Origin: Anthoceros angustus
Lineage: Eukaryota; Plantae; Anthocerotophyta
Direction of reading: 5' to 3'
Assembly: GCA_010909165.1 (NCBI GenBank)
Contig: MU008171.1
Span: forward strand, 1,240,001 to 1,304,000
Length of the DNA: 64,000 nucleotides
This document shows positions 1-11,500 of this stretch, one piece after another. Positions within the stretch are counted from its first letter, which is position 1; each line of letters opens with the position of its first letter. The notes under the pieces are model-generated. The model made no database searches and was not told the origin of the DNA. It worked only from the letters and a program-made list of their open reading frames with translations. A program made the position numbers and the translations under genes.

Positions 1-540
1 CAGGCGGGAGGCTGCAACCGGGGATAAGGCGAGGCGGGGCGCGAGGACAAGGTGAGGCAGGGAGGCGCGGGGCGGGGGCAGGGGCAGGCGGGAGGGGCGG
101 GGGCAGGGGCGGGCGAGGCGGGGCGGGGCGAGGCGAGGCGGCCGAGGCGCGGGGCGGGGCGGGGCGGGGCGCGAGGGCAGGGGCGGGGCGGGGCGGGCCG
201 AGGGCGGGGCAGGCGAGGCGGAGGGCAGGGGCAGGCGGCGAGGAGGCCGAGGAGGCGGGGCAGGGGCGAGGCGGGGTGAGGCCGAGGCGTGGGGCGAGGG
301 CGGGGCGGGCCGAGGAGGCGAGGACGGGACGGGGCGGGCCGAGGAGGCGGGGCGGGACGGGGCGGGCCGAGGCGAGGGCAGGGGCAGGCGGGGCGGGAGG
401 CGCGAGGGCGGGGCGGCCGAGGGGCGGAGGCGGGAGGCGGGGCGAGCCGAGGAGGCGCGGACGGGAGGCGGGACGGGAGGTCACGGGGACAGGGGCGAGG
501 CCGAGGAGGGCGCGGGGCAGCTTGTCGTGGGTGAGGGCCG
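1..540. repeat. G-rich low-complexity tract (GGGGC/GAGGC/GGCGG units)
   Basis: Almost only G, C and A in short reiterated units; the Gly/Arg ORFs predicted here are by-products of the composition. Confidence 0.9.
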
Positions 541-1877
541 AGGGTGGCTTTGGGCAGCTTGTCGCGGGTGGTGAAGGAGCGGCACAAGCTGGGGAGCGTG
601 GACATGCTTCCTGGCGAAGATTTGGGGCAATGAGCACTTGAACTTCAAGCTCCACGGAGTGTCCACGGAAACCTCCCAAAATCGCTGATCTCTGACCCTT
701 GACTCCACGGATTTTATGCAGGGCTCAACCCGGCTCAAGGAAGCCAAGACCGTGATTACCAAACTCCTCCAGAGATGCAGACTTTGCGTGTCTCCTCGTA
801 AAAAGAAAGAGAAGCATGCCCCATTCGTAACAATGTGGGCAGAAATGCTGAATAGGAAGTTGCACCAATCAAGAGGACTAACCAAACCTTGCCACTGCAC
901 TATCATTGGCATGCTTCATGCTGTTTTGTTGTACGGGTTGGGTATCGTGTTAATTTGTGAAACAAACTAGTGAAGGAGTCCAGGCCATACAAGGCCAGTA
1001 ACAGTCTAAACAAATTCCTCATTTACGAAGCATTCATCATGAGCAGTTGGAGGCTCGACAGCAGTTAAGTTTAGCAGCCCTCAGTCCTCGGTTACAAATA
1101 TATGAGAGGCTATTATACAATAAGGGAAGGATTTTATTAAGGTGAAAAAACGATGGGAAAAGCCCATCCAGGAGGGGACAACCAAAGGGGACCAGGGGGT
1201 CGAGGTGAAGAGGAGCAATTGAGCTCCTACCTAAAGTCACTGCACCTACAATGTCATGTCTCCGAAGAATAAGCGGCTGCCAAACCATGGAGGTAGAGGA
1301 AGATGCGTCACCTCATGCTGCAACTTGGAGGATCAGCAGATTGAGGCGCGGAAGAAGGGCAATTGAAACCCGTTGTCGGAGTATCTTTGTAATCGAGGAA
1401 CTGCCCGCCTGTGTTTCTGGCCAGGTAGCTTTGGCACGAGACTTGACAAATTTGTGAAAGTCCTCAGTCATTGCCCCATACGTTTCTAGTGCAAGCGAAA
1501 TAAAGAGGTGGCCCGCTTGCATCCTGCTATATTTATAGCCTAAGTACATACAAGCCTTCAGAGACTTCACCAAACACAAACAAGCCTTCAGCGATGACTA
1601 AACAAAGACATCACAAAGTAAACACCTTTTTCTTCTCCGGTCTTGAACGTTCTTCAATGCCCTTGAAACGCAGAAATCGGTTGATCCCGTCATTCGGAAC
1701 AAACTCTCCTAGCCTGGTGTCTTGCTTGAGGCCTACTCCACTGAGCTTGCAACCTCCCAATCGATCTTTGTGCTTGTTCCATTATTGCGCAGACCTCAAA
1801 CAAAATAGCGGGCTTCCACAATGCTTGGAATACCCATGCAAATTGCATCCAAGTCTCTGCTTCGACTTCAACTCCAG

Positions 1878-3891
1878 CTACCGTTCTTGATGGTTGAGGA
1901 TAAACATGATTATCATGTGTTTTTCCCTTCTTGTGTAATGTTCTTCCTTCTTCTTGTCCACACACCAAGCAAGGCGCAATAACTGGGAAGTATGTTCAAA
2001 TATACCAAACACCTGTTGCACCTTCATAATATGTTTGCAAATGAATCCTTTTTGCTCCATCTCACAAGTACAAAATGCCCATGGAGAGTGTGCAGCCTCC
2101 ATGACGTAAACCTTGTCACTATCCTCAGAGGACATGCAATATGCAACAGTAGACCCAACTACAGATGGGAATAGGACAGCCTCGTCTGGGATGGTGCTCG
2201 CTACAGACAAAACATGCTCATATACCTTCTCGAGCTTTGAACTCGGCTTGTAACCTCCAGCCTTGGTAAAATCGAGGTATCAGTAATGTCGCGCTACCTC
2301 GTTCACATGTTGATGCAGAAGCTAATCCATACGCCTTCCTGGCAATGCAGTCTTGGTGAAAGATATTCTTTCCTTCAAGAATCGATGAAAAGGCCTCCAA
2401 AGCAGACGTAGTGTCTTGTCCAGTGTGGGGAAACATCCTGCAGTTCTTCAACCACATGTCTGCCATAAAGAAATGCGAAACATTACACACGGCCGACACC
2501 ATGTCAACATCCATTCAAGCATCCCTTGCCGCACAAAGAAACTAGTGCACTTTGGGCAGAGAATAATACCTATAGAGTTACCCCACTGCTTCTTGAAATA
2601 CTCAACAAATGCTGGTTGATTTCTATGCCACTCCTTGTAGAAGAACTCTAACAATACCTTACCCCATGCACATGCATCTCTTGTGTACTATGGCCTCGAC
2701 ATACATGATCTCCAATGAGCTGCCCAAATCTTCTTCCTTGCAATAATGCACTTTACCTTCTTTAAAAGGTTCCGCTGCCATGCCTTCCTTACAAGCCATA
2801 GACACAATACAACATGTATGTTCCCCCCCCCATACCCGTTTAAAGGCACCTATCTTTGCTAAACAATCATCAACTAGGAAGCAACTAGGGACCTATGTTG
2901 CACATATTGTAAGAGCGACATGTCGGAGCGGCGTCAACCATGACACAAAGAAAGTATAGTAGCCTCCTGTGTTAGTGCTCAAGCAACTGGAATACCATTA
3001 AGGTGTTGATTAAAGACCATCACCGTAAATAAGTGGTACTTATACTTGTTCATACCAAATGTGGCGTCCATGGCTAAAACACTATTGTTACCATGCTTGA
3101 TGATGAATATCTGCCGCATGAAAGGACAACCCTAAAACAAAAGGTTCATCAGGTTCTGATCTATGGAAGATAAGGTCAAGATTCACTTTGAGCCACATCT
3201 CGCTGGACTTTACATCATCGTGGTCTAGTTTCCACTCACCCGCTTCCACTTGTCGCTTCATGTTCAATACATCCTTGCGCCGCATGTAGTCATCTCGAAC
3301 GTCACCACCACGCCATGTCCTATGTAGTGACTCATCTTCGCACACAATCAATACGCCGACGCATAATCTCCGCTAGACAACCCTTGCACAGGATTAATAC
3401 AATCGAGACCTTTCATGACAGATGTGCGACATGAAGAAGGATTTGAGCAACTTTAGGAATGTTTAATCGCACAACCATTGGCCATACATCCGGCCCTGCG
3501 CACACATTCTTGGGTGGCAGGAAATCCTCCGGTCCATATGAACACCAATACCTACATAGAAACACACGACAAAGAATACCAAGATTTGGCTTCAACTTAA
3601 GGCAAAGAAAGCACATGGATAGAGGCCACCCAGCTGTAGAAACCCAAGTGGTCGTGGAATGTAGAGAACTTGAAGTTGCAAGTACCATATATGTGATTGG
3701 TGTCCATGACACACAATTGGTGGTGGCAGTGAATTTTGAGTCTCTGAATCCTTCCAATAGAAACTTGCAGCACATTTGAAGCCTTCACCAGAAATGAAAT
3801 CTTCTACTCTACTCCACGGAATGTAGGCAATCTTCAAATCCTTTAGAACCTGCCAAGTTAGATTGTCATTGTGGAATTCATCAAGCCACAA
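1878..3891 (-). pseudogene. Decayed MULE-type transposase / SWIM zinc-finger gene
   Basis: Collinear minus-strand pieces in several frames: YIPWSRVEDFISGE, YWCSYGPED, DDYMRRKDVLNM, AFVEYFKKQW, DTTSALEAF and the SWIM motif FCTCEMEQKGFICKHI. Broken by stops and frameshifts. Confidence 0.75.
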
Positions 3892-4725
3892 ATTGCACCT
3901 TCAGGGCACTCCATGGGCATGACACGTTTGGCGGCCGAATGCTTAGTTTAGGTTATTACATTTGTCTTTGGTTTGGTTTGTTTGAAAAGCGACCCGCTTT
4001 CGATTCATACTCCCGCGCATGGTTGTGAAATTAAGCATAGTTTATCACAACCTTCGTTGTGGTGTGGAATTACTATCAAGAAGGTTGTGCGTAGGGTTGT
4101 GCCGTGCGTGCTCGGCAAAAATCGGCCGATGTTGACCCGGTGGCTGGACCGCTATATGGTGTTGTGTTCAATGTATACCATGAAGAGAGAGAATCGTGAT
4201 GGACGAGGCATAGCATGCCGCGGATTTTTCCATAGCGTGGAAGCATTGATTGTGATTGAGACACAAGCGCTTATGGATAGATGTACATACAGTACAAAGA
4301 AATTTCCCGTCTCACCAGAGGGCGTTCATGACCATGATGACATAGCCGGATACAGGCAGCATGTGCGCAGGATGGAAACATTCAGCGATCTTCCTTCCGA
4401 ACCATCAACATGAGTTTATTGGAACTCCACGATTGAAATTAACAAGGAGTGCTATCTATCCACAGTTAACGAGGAGTAACATTTATTGGAACTCCAAAAT
4501 TAAGTGTCCTTGGAACAAATGGGTGCGCATTATTTATTCCCCATTTCATGGACCTAGACATGCGCCTCGTCCCCGTAGTGTGTGAGGCTGCGTATTGTTA
4601 GTGCCCCGTAGGGCTACTCCTGATGGTAAGAAAAAACGCGAGTGCGGACTTCGACGTTGATGTATACTTTTTGAAACATCTATAAAAGTATCTCAATTCG
4701 CTAAAAACCAAAAAACAAAAACATT

Positions 4726-4915
4726 CAACCAAGTTGGAAAGCACATTCACGCAACCAACTTGGAAAGCATATTCACGTAACCAAGTTGGACAGTACTTAC
4801 ACGCAACCAAGTTGGACAGCACATTCAGGAAACCATGGTGGACAGCACATTCAGGAAACCATGGTGGACAGCACATACATGCCATTCACGCAACAACCAA
4901 GTTGGACAGCAAAGG
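4726..4915. repeat. 26-bp minisatellite, ~7 copies (consensus CAACCAAGTTGGACAGCACATTCACG)
   Basis: Units start at 4726, 4752, 4778, 4804, 4830, 4856 and (partial) 4894; palindromic core CCAA-G-TTGG. Confidence 0.9.
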
Positions 4916-5479
4916 AAAGACGTGAAAATTTTCCGAACCATTAATGAATTAGATATCTCAAATATTGAACATACGGGTACAATGTCGGCGGTGCATGCCA
5001 AATGCCAGCAAAAGTGATGCCCCATTGCATCTTGGCTGAACCCTTCTAGTGCAGCTCCACTTGAAATACCTTCAGCCCACACCACAACAGTAGAAACTAA
5101 AGCCATCTCTAGTGCACAGCCGCAGGTCCTTCGTCCTAGCTGTAGATACATCAGAACCCCGCTGAGAAGGTTTGCAGCTTCCACCTCCTGCCCCTAATTT
5201 TGAACAGACTCCATGCACAACACATCGACCTAGGAATCGAGCTGCCACAACACATGTGACTTCTGCATCTGTGATGAAACCCAATTCCCTTCTGCTAAAA
5301 AGTGGAGGTGAGTCATGTATACATTCTTCCAGGATTCTGTTGATCCAACGTTCAGGCCTGGAGCAGGGCTGCCAATGAGCTCGGCATGATCGGCCGTTCT
5401 TCACAGGCTATCAGTGGCAACCTGAAACTGCAGACATCCTCGGTGAAATGGACCCCTTCTCCAGAGTCCAGACACTGTA

Positions 5480-6319
5480 CTACATGCTCTTGGCCACCTT
5501 GAGGCCAGACATCACTGCCAAAGCTGCAAGAGCTGGAAAAGCCAAAAAACCCATGGCAGTACCAGCTTCCACTTTCTTGCAGACGGTGGCAACACGGTCA
5601 TAGCAGGAACCGGATGCGTCCGGTCCATCGCCAGATCTCAAAACGCTCCCAAAGTACCCTGTGATCGAGTTTGCTGAAAAGATCAAGTAGGCAAGGATCT
5701 GCTTGCAAGCAGGATCGTGAGCTATTTTTCAGTTTGGATGTCAAGGGGAAAAGAAAAGACAAATCACCACGAGCACACTATTGAGCTGTGCACAAGATCT
5801 GGGTCACCCACCTGATCAGCGACGAAGATGACCATCCACGCGCCTGGCGTAGCCAAGGCGCCCACGAAATTGAGCCCAATCAACACGAACTCGTATGCAA
5901 GAACTAGGACGCTGATGGCCAGACTGAATCTGAAGACACGTTGCAAGCAAACGCTTGGGTTCAGCAAAGGGCACCCACAGTGCACACGGTCACACAACAA
6001 GCTCCGCACTGCGCACAGAGAAGCAGGGATAGGGCGTTTCTCACTGAAAGGGTCGGTAATCCAAGGCAGAGTAGTCGCCCGAACGGATTGAGGCGACAAT
6101 GGCGAGACTGATGAGCGCCAGCACCAAGCTGATGACGCGCAGCCCTATGTCCAAGGTCGACACGCCGCCAGAATCCTTCTGCCAGCCGCCGTTGAAAGGC
6201 GGGGCCGTGGCTTGAGCCTGAGGGACCGTTACGCCCCCATTGTATCCCGGGCCGCCCGGGCTGGGTCCAGGCCCAGTCTGCACCTGTCCAGCTCCTACCG
6301 CTGCGGCTCCGGTGCCCAT
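5480..6319 (-). CDS. CASP-like (MARVEL-type, four-TM) membrane protein, ~203 aa, 3 exons
   Basis: Exons 6319-6045, 5929-5812 and 5698-5480 join in frame (612 nt) with GT-AG introns. Motifs LRVISLVLALISLAIV, FVADQ|ILAYLIFSANS and C..VC......AMGFLAFPALA..SG match the CASP-like family. Confidence 0.85.
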
Positions 6320-7289
6320 CGTCCGCCCCTAAGTAGACAGACCTGTGGCAGCAAAGCAAAAGGATTGGAGATGGAGTGACTCCCGGGAGCAGGCCCTCCG
6401 ATGCCGAGGTGGTGAAATAGCAAGGCGGTGAGCTTCTGCCAGAAAAGAAGACTTAATTGTGAGTAGAGTGGAAGGACAGCCGCCGCTACGAGGACACAAA
6501 GGCCAGGTTTCGGATGCGATACAGGCTAGCACAAGACGTGCTGCTACAGATATGTAGACAGCGGCATAGCCGGCAGTCGGGGAACACCCACGAGGCCTTC
6601 CCGTGGATAGTGAATGTACTTTACGGCGCCCACATGGTGAAAATAGTAAGTTGCTTTATCGGATCCGCACAGGACCTCCAGCTTGGCTTCATTGGTACCA
6701 CAGCTGGCTGGACTCGGTCAACCTGCGGAAATCTTGCAGGACTTTGTCGCGCGACTTTTATCCTATCCTCACACACCCTAGGCTGGCTTTAGCTGAGCCC
6801 GGGCCCGGAACCGTTTCATTTTGACGGGGCCGGGCTAAGTATGGCCGCATGCACTTATAGACAGAGAATTGAAGTTCCAATAACGGTCCGATATCTAGGG
6901 TTTAAGGGTGGACTTGAGTTGTTCCTTGCTCTGTCCAAGTAGTTGAAGAATGGTTGGTACATTTTGATTGTTTCTTATACAATGGATGATCTTGAGGGTT
7001 ATTGTGTGTCTGTCCTCATGGCTTTTAGCATGGGCCTTCTTGGATATTTTTCATGTTTTTATTTTCTTATTTATATTACAATATTTTGTAGAGACATCGA
7101 TATATGAAGAGGATCTCAATGGTACAGTATGTCATGTTGTCTTGCAAAAAATCAATGATGTTTTAGTAATCATTGCTTCCCTACCTTGCATTTTTCATGG
7201 CTTAATTAATGGTACTAATTATGGAGCTTATTATATCAAGCCCATGGGGCCCGATGTCTATCTTCTTTATCGCCATCAAATTGCTATTG

Positions 7290-7740
7290 AAGACCCACAA
7301 AGATTTCCCACATTTTTAAGATTCAGCCCACAATCATTTGAGAACATTTGTCATTTGGTGATAGTCTGTCCTTACAACACACAATTGGATTTGGCTTGGG
7401 GTCCATAGCGGGTAGAGTGATTTCATTTCACAAGCAAGTGATAATTTCTCTTCGACGGCTAGCTACAAGAGATTCTTAACTTAGCCTACGAGAAAGTTTC
7501 TCTGTTGACAGGATTACAGTTTTCAATGTGTGCAGACGTTTTGTACAACCGTACTAGACAATGGGCAATCTCATTTACAGTGGCCTCCTGAAGAGAGTCT
7601 TGATATTGTCAAGGAAGTCTTCCAAGTGAAACATGGAATTCCCAGTTAGGTATGGAGCAATAGATGCTACACATTTTACAATAGAATTGCCTGCTCATAA
7701 TGAGCAAAGAAGAGTGGGAGAAATACCCACACTATAGGCC
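7290..7740 (+). pseudogene. PIF/Harbinger transposase (DDE_Tnp_4/HARBI1-like) fragment
   Basis: Frameshifted pieces FLRFSPQSFENIC, KQVIISLRRLA, QWPPEESLDIVKEVFQVKHGIP and YGAIDATHFTIELP (first catalytic Asp motif). Truncated after this. Confidence 0.8.
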
Positions 7741-7869
7741 AAATATGATAATTAAGAACTCCTCTACTAGCTGCCCTTTTGGTGCCTTAGCTAGCAACTC
7801 TCAAGCACAAGTCACTACTACCCAAGAGAGGTCTAAGATCAGCAACAATTGAGCTAGTGAAGGCCCTCT

Positions 7870-8014
7870 TGATAAGCTGCGGGAGCGCTCATAGTCACAC
7901 GAAGGTGTGCTCAATAATTAATTAATTAGGTCCACAAAGAAGTCTTATACAAGTTCATGTAACCAACCCTACAAGATAGACTAATCGACATAGGTTATAT
8001 AAACAACCCTAACA
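7870..8014 (-). repeat. 3' LTR of the copia element (145 bp)
   Basis: TGATAAGCTGCG..AGCGCTCATAGTCACAC...AACCCTAACA, homologous to 48562-48707. Confidence 0.85.
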
Positions 8015-8508
8015 CTCCAACTTAACCTATCGAGGTTAACGGACGTGTCGGGTAATTAAAGCAGCACAACCACGTTCCCCTCGTGAGCGGTGAATCTAGC
8101 TCTCGCGTGCGACGCACAGACCATAAACACGAAGATGGAATCTTGGACACCACTGGCACTCACAGCCACAACCATCACGCTCGTCGCAACCCTAGCGCGG
8201 GCAACAATTGTGACAGCAACAATGGTGCGCACAAGGAAGGGAGGGTTTAGTAGCCAGAAGCGTCCTAGAGAGCCTCAACAGAAGGAAGCTGGCAACAAGC
8301 TCCCACTCGATGCAAGACACAGTGAGGAGTCTCACACAGTGCCTACGCCGAAGCGCCTAGCCCCGATTATTGCTGACAAGCACAGGTTTTGCAGCCTCCA
8401 TGAGATCCTGCTATAGTGCGACGAATGGAAGGTAGCGTTGGCAGCGGCTAGGGCCAGGACGTCGAACTAGAAGAGCTGTTGCACCACAAGCCAGAACCAG
8501 ACGAAATG

Positions 8509-11500
8509 GGCAGTTTTACAGGGCTCTCTTGGGGGGCCACCTCGCGGAGTAAATGGGAGGGATAGCGGAGTGGAGCAAAGAAGGAAGGAGCAGATTATTG
8601 GTGGTAGCAAAAGTTTGAGCTCTTCCGGACTAGTCGGAGCAAACGGACGCGATCACGCACTTGAGCAGACTTGAAGAGAGCATCTTTCTGGCTTGGCGAT
8701 AAGGGCCTCCTCAAGCGGACATGGTCTATGAACACAGTGCTTCCACCGAAACAGAATTACCGTAAATTGTCTGGTACAACAACCGCTAGCCTACTCACAC
8801 GCAAGCTAGTGGAAACCTTGTTTTCTATCTCCTACAAATGCAAGCATATCCTATGGTTCAGGTTCTTTCACAATTGCTGGGGTCACAAATCAGCCCAGCC
8901 TACAAAAGGGCAAACCGACTTCTTGTTTTGATTTTGTTTTTTTTTGTAGAGTGGGTTTCTTGTTTTGATCTTGAAACAACCCAGGATTTAGTGATATCCA
9001 ATTGGTGCAGGTACGTCTTTCAGATCCTTGCCCTCCTTCTGCACATCCTGTGATGACCAAGAAAAACAGACCTTAGAACACTGTACGATAGCATGCTACA
9101 ATACACGCAACCACAAGGCACATGGAGCCGAAGTACTCACGGACGCAAAGTGGTTCACATCCCGATGATGGGCTTCATCTGCACGAACGACGACGACAAC
9201 ATCCCGCAGAGATGCATCCTTAGGCAATTTCCAGTAGTCTATGGCAATTGCGGGAGCCGGGACGTTCTCAATGTGCCCATTGTCGATCTCCTTCAGAAAC
9301 TGGGTGTAGGAATATATAGCCTCCTCTTCAAGATAGCCAACAATCCGGTGCGCCACTCTGGGGGACAAAATGTAGAAGAGAAAGTAGGCGTTGAAGAAGA
9401 CTCCTTGGACTGCCAGAACCAGAGCCCTTTCGTACCACTTGGGCTGTGCAACCTCCATGAATGTCATAAGATGCATGCGCTCGTTTTCAGCTTCATCCAG
9501 AAGAGCCTTTATCCAGCCACCACTCCTCTCGAAGCGTCTCAAAGACTTGAAATGGAGTAGCATTCCAGCCACCATCCCGGGCACAGCAGCAACAGTTTCC
9601 AACATCATGGCTCGACATCCATACCGCTTCTGCGCATGGTCAACAAGGCCGCCGGTTAGCAGTATGGTAACTCAGACTGTGAGGGACCTCAACCATATGT
9701 AAGCACGAAGGAGAGAAGATAGACGTGTCACACCCCAGCAACCAACGGACAGTTGCAAGGAACCAAGAATTGTAAGTGGCTGATGGGGCTCCTCCAACTG
9801 GAGCCGACTCCATCCCAAGGAGAAGTAGGTAGCAGCGGACCAGAAGAATGAGTGCAACTCACCTTATCCCTACACATCAGCGTGGTGCATCCTCTTGAAA
9901 GAAATTTGTGCACCCTTACTGGTGCGCAGAGACATGCTCCAATCTTGCTGCAAATGCCTTCTACTCCCAGGAGATGAAGGAAACCACATATTCGATGATG
10001 CGCAAAGTCAAGCAGACAAGCCAAGCCAGGCCAGGCAAGCAATTGCAAGGTGCTAGCAGCGCGCTCCAGTCTCAAAACCTCACCCCAACGTCATCAAAAG
10101 TAACAACTTGCACGACAACAAGCTTACCCTAAAGAAAATGTCCGTCGGCACCCGCAACGACTTCACAGTCCAATAGGCAATCCTGTCGGACCAGTTCTCA
10201 GGCTTGTGATGCTTGCTCAGGTCCACCGTGGTATCAGGAACGTAAGCATCCCCAGGCTGCGCGACACATAAAAACAACAACAACATGAGCCTCTGCCTCT
10301 CCCAACACTCCCACACATTACATCCAGACCTAGAAAGCCCTGGCAAGCTTAAGCCGGCGCACCTGAAAATCCTTCCACGGCCAAGCCGTGCCATCCTCCC
10401 GGAGGTAGGTTCGTGGAGTTATGCCCCAGTAGGACGTCACCCCTGCCACCTTGCCCGCCTCAAGCTTGGAGCCCAGGTCTTGCGGCTTCTTCTCCGACTC
10501 CTCATCCTTGTGCAGCGCAGCATCGGCCGAGAAGAGCCTGGATCCAGCAGGGCCGATCGCGAGCCTGCCCAAGAGCGCGTGCTTGTCCACCACCAAGTCG
10601 GACGCAGATCTGGTGGCAGACAGGCCGCGCAAGCCCACGGCAATGCCGTTGGGCGCGGCAAAAGTAGACACCAACCGCGATCCGCTACGCGCTACCGGAA
10701 ACTCCTGGCTGGCCCCAGCGCAGCGAGACTCTGCTGCACCGTCTGCCATGACCGCAGAATATCCTTGAGGCGGTAAGCCTTCATCGCTGTGCCCACCCGC
10801 ACGCAGCTCATGTCTCTCACGCTCTCACACGAAGTCCAAATTCCGCAGCACTCAACTCAACTCAGCTTAGCTCAGCTCAGCTCAGCTCAGTATATTTCCG
10901 CTGGGATCTCAAACAGCTGCATCACAGCGCCAACCGGAACCGGATTCAGTACTACATGCAAAGCACTCATCAGCGGGCGCCAAGAATGGGAACGGGCTGG
11001 GGAGTAGCCATGGAATTCTCACCTATTGCACGCTCTCCACACAACGAATATTACCCCCGCCGTTGTCTGCCTTCGCTTGTCTTCCCTTTCCTTTCCTGCC
11101 AGTGGCGTCGAAGCGAGGCGGACATAAATTGAGAGGCGGCGCCTGCAGCGAGACTCCACTCGGCAGGCAGTTTCGTATGCTTGGCGGACACGGCACTCGG
11201 GACCCGGAGGGCCGGAATGCGCAACGCAGATCGCCGCTGCAGTCGCTGGGCTGCTTACTAGGACACGTGGGAAGCCTGCATTGAAGTGGTTCTGCCTAAC
11301 TCCTGGAGGGCGACACCAACGGCAGCTGGACATTACGGTCTCCTTCACATGCCAGTCTCTGGGCGCATGCAGGTCGTGATTCGCGGCTCCACCGCCGCCC
11401 ACGTGTACGGATTCCAAGCAAAGTGGAAGCCCTCCCAAGAGGTTTTTTGGTGTTCACATCACAGATGGCACATAGCCAACGCCAAAGCCATGAAAGGAAC

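Noticed and set aside
52-641. Gly/Arg-rich ORFs
   Set aside because: By-products of G-rich low complexity.
4726-4915. CRISPR-like array of palindromic repeats
   Set aside because: Units are contiguous with no unique spacers, there are no cas genes, and the context is eukaryotic; it is a minisatellite.
9093-10776. Long + strand ORFs over AOX (also 51396-53084)
   Set aside because: Antisense shadows of the AOX exons.
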